Shown one piece after another: positions 35,743 to 45,066 of a stretch of DNA of 64,000 bases. Source of the stretch: Bacteroidales bacterium (GTDB lineage Bacteria > Bacteroidota > Bacteroidia > Bacteroidales > VadinHA17); assembly GCA_025358455.1 (NCBI GenBank), contig JANYJP010000133.1, forward strand, positions 10,852 to 74,851. Reading direction: 5' to 3'. Each line of letters starts with the position of its first letter. Position 1 is the stretch's first letter. A program made the position numbers and the translations under genes. The notes under the pieces are model-generated. The model saw only the letters and a list, made by a program, of their open reading frames with translations, was not told the origin of the DNA and did not search any database.

Positions 35743-35786
35743 CCCTTGGCCCTGCGCTCTGTGCCCTTGGCCCTGCGCCCTGCGCC
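35743..35786. repeat. short GC-rich tandem repeat
   Basis: cccttggccctgcgc occurs at 35743-35757 and 35764-35778, followed by a further cctgcgcc. It abuts the ggt stop codon. Confidence 0.7.
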
Positions 35787-35788
35787 TC

Positions 35789-37477
35789 TCAATACCCTGC
35801 CGCCTGTCCGTCTTTTCTTGACTCAGATGCACCGAACCACACTTTGTTTTTATCATCCCACATAATGGCCTGGTAACCACCATAATCACCAAGATTCCAC
35901 TGAACAGTATGTCCCATTTTGATCAGTTTTTGAATTACCTCCCAACGGAACCCGTTCTCAAGCTGAAGGATCCCGCCATCTGTCATCTGTTGTCCTGTTG
36001 GCTCTGATGATCCTACATGATGTATCCTTGGAGCGTCACCTGCCTCCTGCAGGTTCATTCTAAAATCAATAAGGTTAACTACAATCTGAACATGTCCCTG
36101 AGGCTGCATATCTCCGCCCATGACCCCAAAACTGATCCATGGCTTGCCATTTTTAGTTATGAAGGAAGGGATTATTGTATGAAACGGCCTTTTTCCCGGT
36201 GCGTATACATTATTATGACCTTCTTCAAGTGTAAACATCTCACCTCTGTCCTGCAGAACGAAACCAAGTCCGGTAGGACACATACCTGAACCCATTCCGC
36301 GATAGTTGCTCTGTATCAGAGAAACCATATTGCCAAATTTATCAGCTACGGTGAGATATATTGTATTTCCTGCTTCAATTCTCCCGGGATCATAGATTCT
36401 TGCAGCCTTATTTAGATCAATTAGCTTCCGTCTTTCAGCAGCGTATTTTTTTGAGATAAGTTGTGCTACAGGTATTTTACTGAAAACCGGGTCAGCGTAA
36501 TATTTTGCACGATCTTCGAATGCCAGCTTCTTTGCTTCGGTGAAAACGTGAATATATTCTGAAGAACCAAATCCCATTGAAGTAATATCAAATCCCTCAA
36601 GAATATTAAGCATTTGCAGGGCAGCAATTCCCTGTCCGTTTGGTGGAAGTTCCCAAACTTCATAACCACGATAAGTTGTGCTTATCGGCTCCACCCATTC
36701 AGAATGATGACGTGATAAATCATCATAAGACAGGAATCCACCCTGTTTTTTCATGAATGCATCAATATCTCTTGCTATGCTTCCCCTGTAAAACTCATTT
36801 CTTCCTCCTCTGGCAATTTTATCCAGCGTATTGGCGAGCATTGGGTTTCTGAATACCTGGCCTTTTGCAGGGGCCTTACCCCCAGGCATATATACCTCTT
36901 TAATATTAGGATATTCTTTCAGAAGTTCGGTATTTTTGCTGAGTGCATAAGCAATGACTTCAGTCACTGGAAATCCTTCCCTTGCATAATTGATAGCTGG
37001 CTGAAGAAGCTCTTTCATTGGAAGCTTGCCAAACATATCATGCATTTCATACCAGCCATCTACACATCCCGGAACCGAAACAGGCAGTGGACCAAATGAA
37101 GGAATAAACTGGTACCCTTTTTCCCTGAAATATTCAAGTTTAAGTGATCTTGGCGATCTACCGCTTCCATTAAGACCATACAGTTTGCCTTTTTCCACGC
37201 TCCATATAATGGCAAACAGATCACCTCCCACGCCTGAGCCGGTTGGTTCTACTACCCCCAGAACTGCATTGGCAGCAATTGCGGCATCGATTGCATTCCC
37301 TCCTTTTTTCAGGATATCCAGCGCCACCTGAGTAGCAAGGGGTTGACTTGTTGCTGCCATTCCGCCCCGTGCAATTACCTCGGATCTTGTCGCAAAGTCA
37401 TGACCCGTTACTCTATCCTGGGAAATGGCAAAGCCCGGTATTAACAAAGCAATTAATAATAAAAAAAATCTTATCAT
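35789..37477 (-). CDS. ggt: gamma-glutamyltransferase
   Basis: Full-length GGT family resemblance, with signal peptide MIRFFLLLIALLIPGFAISQ from the ATG at 37477. The Ntn-hydrolase processing region is GNTIYLTVAD, and a MGGDMQPQGH motif is present. Confidence 0.9.
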   Translation of the reverse strand: MIRFFLLLIALLIPGFAISQDRVTGHDFATRSEVIARGGMAATSQPLATQVALDILKKGGNAIDAAIAANAVLGVVEPTGSGVGGDLFAIIWSVEKGKLYGLNGSGRSPRSLKLEYFREKGYQFIPSFGPLPVSVPGCVDGWYEMHDMFGKLPMKELLQPAINYAREGFPVTEVIAYALSKNTELLKEYPNIKEVYMPGGKAPAKGQVFRNPMLANTLDKIARGGRNEFYRGSIARDIDAFMKKQGGFLSYDDLSRHHSEWVEPISTTYRGYEVWELPPNGQGIAALQMLNILEGFDITSMGFGSSEYIHVFTEAKKLAFEDRAKYYADPVFSKIPVAQLISKKYAAERRKLIDLNKAARIYDPGRIEAGNTIYLTVADKFGNMVSLIQSNYRGMGSGMCPTGLGFVLQDRGEMFTLEEGHNNVYAPGKRPFHTIIPSFITKNGKPWISFGVMGGDMQPQGHVQIVVNLIDFRMNLQEAGDAPRIHHVGSSEPTGQQMTDGGILQLENGFRWEVIQKLIKMGHTVQWNLGDYGGYQAIMWDDKNKVWFGASESRKDGQAAGY

Positions 37478-37538
37478 TCTTAAGTTAATTATATTCTGAA
37501 GATGAAAATAACCATGTAAAGGTAAGAAAGGGAACAAA

Positions 37539-38246
37539 TTATTTTGCCATTGCCATGGCTTTTAATTCGAAAGGCATTTTCTCTATTGCGTATCTTAAAG
37601 AGGTTCTGGGCATTGATGATTTTTTACTGATAACATAATCGAATACTTCCTTTTGGTGAGCCTGACTGGCTGCTTTAAGCATCCATCCATAACCTTTTTG
37701 AACCATATCATCTTTGTCATACAAAAGGATATCAGCTATTTCAAAAATGTCCTTCAGAAATTTGCCTCCGCGGGCTGGAATTATCAACGACACTGAAGAT
37801 GCTCGTTTAACCCAGCGGTTTTTGGATTTTGCCCAATGTTTTAATTCTGAAACAAGTTCAGGATACATTTCAACAATCGTGCCTGCTGTGTGGTTACAGA
37901 GTGTGTCGCATGTTGCCCAGTTACTTATATAGTTGTTCACCCATCCTTCAAAAACATAAAAATCATCATGCACATATTGTTTGTTTACATTGTATGACCA
38001 ATTACATGCTACAAAAGCTTCCTCCATAATACCGGATTGCCATAATTCATTGCATAAAGTGAAGATATTTAATTTGTCCTTATCATTTATCTCTTTATAA
38101 TGTGTTTTACCGATTCTGATCACTGTGGCAGATTTGATACCATACATTCTGACTTTTTCCTTAAAGAAATGTTCACCGGATTGTTTAGTCTTTTCATCTG
38201 CATTCCGGATCAATTCGGATCTTAAGTCTTCAATAATTTTGTTCAT
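37539..38246 (-). CDS. DNA alkylation repair protein (AlkD-like HEAT-repeat family)
   Basis: Length and pattern are typical of the family (...W..S.N.W..R........KGYGWMLK...). Confidence 0.7.
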   Translation of the reverse strand: MNKIIEDLRSELIRNADEKTKQSGEHFFKEKVRMYGIKSATVIRIGKTHYKEINDKDKLNIFTLCNELWQSGIMEEAFVACNWSYNVNKQYVHDDFYVFEGWVNNYISNWATCDTLCNHTAGTIVEMYPELVSELKHWAKSKNRWVKRASSVSLIIPARGGKFLKDIFEIADILLYDKDDMVQKGYGWMLKAASQAHQKEVFDYVISKKSSMPRTSLRYAIEKMPFELKAMAMAK

Positions 38247-38299
38247 GTTTATTTTTTTGTATTAAGTATCCCAAAGTTAGAAAGAAGTATCTCAAATCT

Positions 38300-40351
38300 T
38301 TGCGATCTTTGCGTAAAAACTTTTATATATTCTTTTACATTATGGTAATACTGAGTCAAAATGCCGGCAGCGATACTAAAAAGTCAGCAGGTGTTGTAAC
38401 TGATGATTTTAACTACTTTGTAGAACAGTTCGATGATATCAGGGTTCTGAAATATAATCTCCCTGGTTTTGAAAACTTATCCCTTAAGCAAAAAGAGTAC
38501 ATTTATTACCTGAGTCAGGCAGCTCTTGCTGGCAGGGATATCTTATGGGATCAAAACTTCAGGCACAATCTGCTTATAAGAAAAACTCTTGAAGCCATAA
38601 TAGAAAGTTATTCCGGCAATAGAGAAACACTTGAATACAAAGCATTCCTGATATATGCAAAGAAGGTGTTTTTTGCTAATGGAATTCATCATCATTATTC
38701 AAGTGATAAGTTTAACCCTGGCTTTTCTGCTGCATCTTTTGCAAACCTGATAAATTCCTCTGAAAAAGAAAAGTTGCCTCTGGCAAAAGGCGAAAGTTCT
38801 GATCAGCTTATTAACCTTCTGACACCAGTTATATTTGACGAAAAGTTGTTTCCGAGGAAAGTGGAGCAGAAGGCAGGTACCGATATGGTTTCCGGATCTT
38901 CATCGAACTTTTATGAAGGAGTAACACAGAAAGAAGTTGAAGAGTTTTATGCCGCGAAGACAAGCTTAAATGATCCTCACCCGATTTCACTGGGTTTAAA
39001 TTCAAGGGTTGTAAAAGTTAAAGGAAAACTAACCGAAGAGATCTATAAGTCCGGAGGGAAATATGGTAAAGCCATTGATAATATAATTCAATGGATTGAG
39101 AAGGCAATCAATTCAGCTGAAACAGCGAAACAGAAGGATGAGCTTAAAATTCTGATAGAATACTATCGGACTGGTGATCTTAAAAAGTGGGATGAATATA
39201 ATATTGCATGGGCAAAAAACACCGATCCGATGGTTGATTACATCAATGGCTTTATTGAAAATTATGAAGATCCACTGGGCATGAAAGCTACCTGGGAGGC
39301 AATCGTTGATTATACTGACATTGAGGCGACAAAACGTTCGAAAATAATAACAGCTAATGCACAGTGGTTTGAAGATAACTCACCAATCCATCCGAAGTAC
39401 AGGAAGGAAAAAGTTAAAGGTGTAGCTGCAAGGGTAATAAATATTGCTATGCTTGGAGGTGATTGCTATCCGGCTTCTCCTCTGGGAATAAACCTTCCAA
39501 ATGCCAACTGGATAAGGAAAGAGATTGGCTCTAAATCAGTTACTCTTGCAAATATTACAATCGCCTATGATGTGGCATCGCGGGGCAACGGCTTTCTTGA
39601 GGAATTTGCATTTGATCAGTCAGAAGTTGACCGGATTAAAAAGTATGGATCAGTTTCAGATGCTTTGCATACTGATCTTCATGAGTGTGTAGGTCATGCA
39701 AGCGGAAAGCTTGCTCATGGTACTGATCCTAATGCACTTAAAAATTACGCATCTCCACTTGAAGAAGCACGGGCAGATCTATTCGCCCTTTATTATATCA
39801 TGGACCTGAAGATTATAGAACTTCGCTTGCTTCCTGGTGAAGACGCTGCAAAAGCATCATACGATGCATATTTACGCAATGGATTGCTGACACAGATTGT
39901 CAGAATAAAACCCGGAAAAGATATCGAAGAAGCACATATGAGAAACAGATCGGCTATATGTCATTGGGTTTTTGAGAAGGGCAAAGCTGGCAAAGTAGTT
40001 GAGTTTGTTCATCGGGAGAACAAAACTTTTGTCAAAATAAATGATTATAAAAAACTACAAATACTGTTTGGAGAGTTGTTAAAAGAGATTCAGCGGGTTA
40101 AGTCTGAAGGTGATTTTGAGGCCGGAAAGAAGTTGATTGAAGATTATGGTGTCAAAATTGATGCGCGGCTTCATAGTGAAATTCTGGAACGGTACGCAAA
40201 ACTGAACCTTGCTCCGTATACAGGCTTTGTAAACCCTTACCTGACTTTGAAATTTGATGCAAATGGCTCTATTAAAGATGTTTGCGTTGAGTATACAAGC
40301 GATTTCCTTAGTCAGATGATCTATTACGGAAAGAAATATTCGTTTCTTTGA
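38300..40351 (+). CDS. dipeptidyl-peptidase III (M49 metallopeptidase)
   Basis: The M49 zinc motifs HECVGH and EEARAD are present. The start is uncertain. The TTG at 38300 lies inside a tandem 9-mer repeat but would give a signal-peptide-like N-terminus. The first ATG is at 38342. Confidence 0.85.
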   Translation: MRSLRKNFYIFFYIMVILSQNAGSDTKKSAGVVTDDFNYFVEQFDDIRVLKYNLPGFENLSLKQKEYIYYLSQAALAGRDILWDQNFRHNLLIRKTLEAIIESYSGNRETLEYKAFLIYAKKVFFANGIHHHYSSDKFNPGFSAASFANLINSSEKEKLPLAKGESSDQLINLLTPVIFDEKLFPRKVEQKAGTDMVSGSSSNFYEGVTQKEVEEFYAAKTSLNDPHPISLGLNSRVVKVKGKLTEEIYKSGGKYGKAIDNIIQWIEKAINSAETAKQKDELKILIEYYRTGDLKKWDEYNIAWAKNTDPMVDYINGFIENYEDPLGMKATWEAIVDYTDIEATKRSKIITANAQWFEDNSPIHPKYRKEKVKGVAARVINIAMLGGDCYPASPLGINLPNANWIRKEIGSKSVTLANITIAYDVASRGNGFLEEFAFDQSEVDRIKKYGSVSDALHTDLHECVGHASGKLAHGTDPNALKNYASPLEEARADLFALYYIMDLKIIELRLLPGEDAAKASYDAYLRNGLLTQIVRIKPGKDIEEAHMRNRSAICHWVFEKGKAGKVVEFVHRENKTFVKINDYKKLQILFGELLKEIQRVKSEGDFEAGKKLIEDYGVKIDARLHSEILERYAKLNLAPYTGFVNPYLTLKFDANGSIKDVCVEYTSDFLSQMIYYGKKYSFL

Positions 40352-40493
40352 TATGTCCCTCCTGACACTTCGCGACATCTCCCCAAAGGATGAGAAAACT
40401 CTGCAATTTTTATGTCACTTAAACTAAAACGGTAAGATTTTTATACATCACAGGGGGATCATAAATGGGTTCATATCTTCTTCAAAGTAATAT

Positions 40494-41738
40494 TTATTTC
40501 ATATTCATCCAGAATTTTTCCTCAGATTTCTGAAGACCCATTTTTTTCTTTCTTGTCAGTAGAAGATAATATGCTATCCCGATTGTCCCAAATATAAAAA
40601 TACCCAGGAGGAAATACTTTATTATTGATGACGCATAGGCCTGACTGTAATTCATAGTATTGGTGATCTGTTCAGCTGCAGCGATTTGTTCACCGGTATT
40701 TGATCCTACATTAATATTGAAGATATTCTTCATGAAGAAGAGTAGAAAAAATGTCAATAAACCCGATGCAACAGGTGAAATTAACCATGCCAGACCTATT
40801 TCCCCAAGCACTTTAAAATTAATATTTCTCACCCCTTTATATAAACCAATTCCCAGAATGCAGCCAACAATAACCTGCGAACTTGAAACCGGGACCATTG
40901 GAATACGTGGAAGGCCTATTGATACGATAAAATCGGACAAACCTGTCGATGAAAAAATGAATAGCACCAACGACTGGGCTAGAACGACCACCAATGCTGC
41001 TTCCGAAGAAAGTTCTAAAATGTTACTCCCTATTGTGTCCATTACTTTCCAGGAATAGGTAATAATGCCTGTCGAGATTGCAAGTCCTCCCAGAAGAAAA
41101 AGTTGCTGGTTTGAATTAAGGGTTATGATCCACAGGTTAAGATCTTGTAGATTGAAAGCCGGAATAAATACACCCATAACATTGGCAATGTTGTTTGCAC
41201 CAAGACTATAAGCCCCGAAAGCCCCTACAACTACCAATCCCGTTTTAATATATGACTCAAATCTGATAAGATGTATCCTGACTGATCTTTTAAATTTTTT
41301 AAAAAGTATATATAGTGCAATTGAGAAAACAGCCCCTATAACCGGTCCTGCAATCCAGGCTGCTACAATAGTTGACAAGGTTTTGCTGTCCGTCCTGTTT
41401 CCGGTGAAAAAGTTCCATCCGATTATTGCACCTACGATCGCCTGCGTTGTGGAAATAGGGAGTGCAAATTTTGTCATCATATAGATTGTAATAGCAGCAG
41501 CGAGCGCTACTGTGAACGATCCTCCGATCGCATTAACAGCTCCAAGTTTTCCCAATGTTTGCGAGGTTCCTGATCCCTGAATAACAGCACCAAGGATAAA
41601 AAAAACAGACGCTATAATAGCTGCTTTTCTGAAAGTTACCATCTTCGAGCCAACCGCTGACCCGAAAATATGGGAAGCGTCATTAGCTCCGAGTGACCAA
41701 CCCAGAAATAGACCGCTGGTAAGGAAGAAGAGGATCAT
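40494..41738 (-). CDS. inorganic phosphate transporter, PiT family
   Basis: Duplicated PHO4 signature (GANDASHIFGSAVG and GANNIANVMG). Polytopic. Confidence 0.85.
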   Translation of the reverse strand: MILFFLTSGLFLGWSLGANDASHIFGSAVGSKMVTFRKAAIIASVFFILGAVIQGSGTSQTLGKLGAVNAIGGSFTVALAAAITIYMMTKFALPISTTQAIVGAIIGWNFFTGNRTDSKTLSTIVAAWIAGPVIGAVFSIALYILFKKFKRSVRIHLIRFESYIKTGLVVVGAFGAYSLGANNIANVMGVFIPAFNLQDLNLWIITLNSNQQLFLLGGLAISTGIITYSWKVMDTIGSNILELSSEAALVVVLAQSLVLFIFSSTGLSDFIVSIGLPRIPMVPVSSSQVIVGCILGIGLYKGVRNINFKVLGEIGLAWLISPVASGLLTFFLLFFMKNIFNINVGSNTGEQIAAAEQITNTMNYSQAYASSIIKYFLLGIFIFGTIGIAYYLLLTRKKKMGLQKSEEKFWMNMK

Positions 41739-41796
41739 TTTATTTAAGATAAATGAGCTTGTTTTATTTAATTTTGCTTGTTCTCACTCCTTGCGC

Positions 41797-42447
41797 CTAC
41801 ATAACTATCTTAATCGCCATCCCCGAAAGCAGATCTGCCGCTTTCTGTGCCAGATCTGAAATGTTTTCTACATGATGGATTATATACCTCAGATGTGCCT
41901 TATGTGCAAGATCAAGTTCTTTCATTTCCTGAAAGATGATCCTTTTCATGTTAAAGGATATCTTATCTGTCTCGCTTTCAAAATAATAGACTTTTAGTAA
42001 TTTTTCCCTTACAGTATATGGTGCCTTGAAGTAAGCCCTTGCGGCGGGAATAAGTTCTTCTGCAGCGCTTACTGATGTTTCGGAGAGACTGATGAAGTTC
42101 TTATTTAGCGATGACGGGATATCCGGCATCTCAATACATATCTCGTTTAAAGAGCTTTTAAGAGCATCTATTATCTCATCCAGTTCGTCAATGAGAGTAC
42201 TGACCTCTGCTCTGTGTTGCGGCAGGATAGAATGTGTTATCATTTCATTTTCAATCGAACGCTGAAGCCTGTCGGCATTATTTTCAAGCGAATCAACCTT
42301 CTGAAGATGCCTGTTAAAGGCTTCCATATCTTTATCCAGAAATGCTTTTATAGCCTCCTTGAAAACCAGCAGACCCAGATCGATATTATCAAAGAACTCA
42401 TCGATCTTTAGTATCAGGTTTTTAGTTGTTCTTGTAAAAACAGGCAT
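41797..42447 (-). CDS. DUF47 / PhoU-like phosphate-transport regulator partner of PiT
   Basis: All-helical 216-aa protein from the ATG at 42447 (MPVFTRTTK...). It sits in the canonical position upstream of a PiT gene. Confidence 0.7.
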   Translation of the reverse strand: MPVFTRTTKNLILKIDEFFDNIDLGLLVFKEAIKAFLDKDMEAFNRHLQKVDSLENNADRLQRSIENEMITHSILPQHRAEVSTLIDELDEIIDALKSSLNEICIEMPDIPSSLNKNFISLSETSVSAAEELIPAARAYFKAPYTVREKLLKVYYFESETDKISFNMKRIIFQEMKELDLAHKAHLRYIIHHVENISDLAQKAADLLSGMAIKIVM

Positions 42448-42758
42448 TTTACTAAGTTTTAGGTTAGATAAACAAATATAAAACAAAAGCCCTTAACCGC
42501 AAAACGACACCATGGCTCATCGGCTCTAAGGCTCAATAGTTACATATCTCAACTTAATACCCATTAAGCCGTTACGCCAATATGCCTTTGCCCTGTTTTG
42601 CCGTATCATCTTTATGAAATCTTTATATGTTATTAAGTAATCCTTATATATTCCTTATGGGCATTGCATTATTTTCGCACGATATACATGCATCAGAAGT
42701 TGATTTATGAAAACCTTTAACTGAAAAAATTGTTATTGGGATTACTGACAGGAAGAAT

Positions 42759-44765
42759 ATGGTGACTTCAACTGAAGGATTTACATTTCCAGAAAAACTA
42801 AAAAACACTTTTATCGGAAGGGCCAAGGCTATTCATGATAAAGGAATTTTCCATAAACTAACCCTGGTTGCCTTTTTTGCATGGATAGGCCTTGGTTCTG
42901 ATGGCATTTCATCATCGTGCTATGGCCCGGAGGAGGCGTACCGGAATTTACTGGGGCATACGAGTTTAGCGATATTTGTTGCCCTTGGCACAGTATTTAC
43001 AATCATAATCATTAGTTCAAGTTATAACCAGATTGTGCGCCTTTTCCCGCATGGCGGAGGAGGATATCTGGTTGGCAGTAAACTTTTGTCACCAATGGTA
43101 GGGATGATTTCCGGTTCAGCCCTAATAATAGACTACGTACTTACAATTACTATATCTGTCTCCAGTGGCGCTGACGCCCTGTTTAGTTTTTTCCCGGTCG
43201 CATGGTTGCCTTACAAACTGACTTTTGCGCTTGCAGGGGTGTGTTTTCTTATTTTATTGAACTTAAGAGGAGTTAAGGAATCTGTACTCTCGCTCACTCC
43301 GATATTTATAATTTTTATTACTACACACGTAATTGCCATCTTATATGGCATATTTATTCATTCCTCAAATTTTGCAGCAGTTGCCAGCCATACAACCCAG
43401 GAAATTCATTCAACTGTCTCGCAATTTGGTTTTTTTGCCACATTCTTTATAATTCTTCGTGCTTACAGCATGGGGGCAGGGACTTATACTGGAATTGAAG
43501 CTGTAAGTAATGGTATGCCGATACTACGTGAGCCAAAAGTTGCTACTGCACGAAAAACTATGTTTTTAATGATGATTTCACTTTCCTTCATGGTGTTAGG
43601 TTTGATGATTTGTTATATGCTTTTTAATGTACAACTGGATTCTCACAAAACGTTAAATGCAGTATTACTTAATAATCTGACAGCAGGATGGGGCTTTTTC
43701 TGGTCAAGAAGTTTCGTTATGATAACTCTTATATCGGAAGCAGCTCTATTGTTAGTTGCTGCACAAACAGGCTTTATTGATGGCCCGAGGATTATGGCAA
43801 ATATGGCAATTGATCATTGGCTGCCTAAACGTTTTGCATCTCTCAGCGATAGGCTGGTAACAATGAACGGAGTCTTGTTAATGGGTATGGGAGCTCTTAT
43901 TATGATGGTCATATCAAAAGGCTCAGTTGCATTACTGGTTGTTCTGTATAGCATTAACGTGTTTATAACTTTTACGATTTCGCAGGTAGGAATGGTGAAA
44001 CACTGGTGGCAGATGAGAGGCAGGCACGTTCCATGGAAACGTAAATTAGCCATTAACGGTATAGGATTAATACTAACTTCTTTCATTCTGTGTTCAGTTA
44101 TTATTCTGAAATTTGGTCAGGGTGGTTGGGTAACCATAGTCATTACAGGTTTACTTATCTTGCTGGCAATTAATATTAAACGTCACTATTTTAAAACTGC
44201 CCTAAAACTGCAGAAGCTGAGATTAACTGCCTTCAAGGAAATTGAAAAATTAATCGGGCAACGTCCGTGCGAAGACAGAAATCTGAAAAAAATCAAATTT
44301 AATAAGGAAGGTAAAACTGCAATTATATTAGTCAGTGGTTTTGGAGGGACAGGATTATATACCTTTTTACGGATTCTTGAGAATTTTAAAGGTGTTTATA
44401 GCAATATCGTATTTATTCGAATCGGAATCATTAATTCTAAAATTTACAGAGGTACGGTGGAACTCGAACATTTTACAAAGCAGGTAAAAGAAGACGGAGA
44501 AAAGTATGTTACCATTGCCAATCAATTCGGTTTGTATGGAAAGAGTCTCTGGACAATTGGTACTGATCCGGTAAATGAAATATACAGGATTGTGAAAAGA
44601 TTAAGGCCCAGATTAACGGGCGCAGCTTTCTTTGGTGGTCAACTAGTGTTCTCTAAAACATTTTACCTTTCGAAGTTGCTTCATAACCATACTATTTTTT
44701 CTATTCAGAAGAGATTCTTTAAATTTGGAATACCGATTGTTATCTTCCCGATTAAGATTGAATAA
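42759..44765 (+). CDS. APC-superfamily permease with large C-terminal cytoplasmic domain, KimA-like (putative K+ importer)
   Basis: The motifs PHGGGGYLV, IDYVLTITISVSSGADA, LNLRGVKES, YTGIEAVSNGMP and AAQTGF match my recollection of B. subtilis KimA. There is a ~200-aa soluble C-terminal extension. The gene is adjacent to kdp. Confidence 0.55.
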   Translation: MVTSTEGFTFPEKLKNTFIGRAKAIHDKGIFHKLTLVAFFAWIGLGSDGISSSCYGPEEAYRNLLGHTSLAIFVALGTVFTIIIISSSYNQIVRLFPHGGGGYLVGSKLLSPMVGMISGSALIIDYVLTITISVSSGADALFSFFPVAWLPYKLTFALAGVCFLILLNLRGVKESVLSLTPIFIIFITTHVIAILYGIFIHSSNFAAVASHTTQEIHSTVSQFGFFATFFIILRAYSMGAGTYTGIEAVSNGMPILREPKVATARKTMFLMMISLSFMVLGLMICYMLFNVQLDSHKTLNAVLLNNLTAGWGFFWSRSFVMITLISEAALLLVAAQTGFIDGPRIMANMAIDHWLPKRFASLSDRLVTMNGVLLMGMGALIMMVISKGSVALLVVLYSINVFITFTISQVGMVKHWWQMRGRHVPWKRKLAINGIGLILTSFILCSVIILKFGQGGWVTIVITGLLILLAINIKRHYFKTALKLQKLRLTAFKEIEKLIGQRPCEDRNLKKIKFNKEGKTAIILVSGFGGTGLYTFLRILENFKGVYSNIVFIRIGIINSKIYRGTVELEHFTKQVKEDGEKYVTIANQFGLYGKSLWTIGTDPVNEIYRIVKRLRPRLTGAAFFGGQLVFSKTFYLSKLLHNHTIFSIQKRFFKFGIPIVIFPIKIE

Positions 44766-44905
44766 TTCTGAATATTTTCGAATATCTCCGCCATCAATAT
44801 CTTCCTGGCAGCAAATATTTATAAATTCTTTATGAATTTTATATTCTATTTTACGAAACCCTTATAAGTTTTGGTGTAATATTGTATCATACAAACCCAA
44901 TTTTT

Positions 44906-45055
44906 ATGATAGCAACAGTTTTGTTAACAATTGCACCTTCCTTCCCGGAAGCATCAGTCTCAAAAGGCCCTTCAGGTTATATTATCGGAGGTATTATAGC
45001 CCTTCTTATCATGGGTTATTTGATTTACACTTTATTAAGGCCTGATAAATTCTAA
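44906..45055 (+). CDS. kdpF: K+-transporting ATPase subunit F
   Basis: A 49-codon ORF below the track cut-off: MIATVLLTIAPSFPEASVSKGPSGYIIGGIIALLIMGYLIYTLLRPDKF. The C-terminal GYL.Y.LLRP.KF is the KdpF signature. It ends 11 nt before kdpA. Confidence 0.7.
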   Translation: MIATVLLTIAPSFPEASVSKGPSGYIIGGIIALLIMGYLIYTLLRPDKF

Positions 45056-45066
45056 AACAAATAAAT

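Noticed and set aside
35743-35786. A possible CRISPR array or minisatellite.
   Set aside because: There are only two to three copies of a 15-mer with 6-nt spacers. There are no spacer-sized unique segments and no cas genes.
35403-35876. Track ORFs 35403-35585 and 35616-35876 as protein-coding genes.
   Set aside because: They are read-throughs of GC-rich palindromic and tandem repeats (DPSLTLRMT..., LGPALCALGPAPCAS). They have no start context, and the second overlaps the ggt 3' end on the opposite strand.
38296-38313. The tandem 9-mer atctttgcg x2 overlapping the putative TTG start of the DPP-III gene, and a loosely similar gatctYcgc x2 at 56750-56767.
   Set aside because: These are very short and only loosely related to each other. 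They resemble common Bacteroidota intergenic micro-repeats, and there is no evidence of function. They are noted only because they make the DPP-III start uncertain.
40352-40420. The sequence tccctcctgacacttcgcgacatctccccaaaggatgag as another member of the dispersed repeat family.
   Set aside because: It has the same GC-rich flavour, but I could not align it convincingly to the 35354/61338/18787 units.
42487-42758. A c-di-AMP (ydaO-type) riboswitch upstream of the KimA-like gene, or of kdpF (44766-44905).
   Set aside because: I looked for the GC-rich conserved cores of that motif. Both regions are AT-rich and I could not see them. Only a covariance-model search could settle this.
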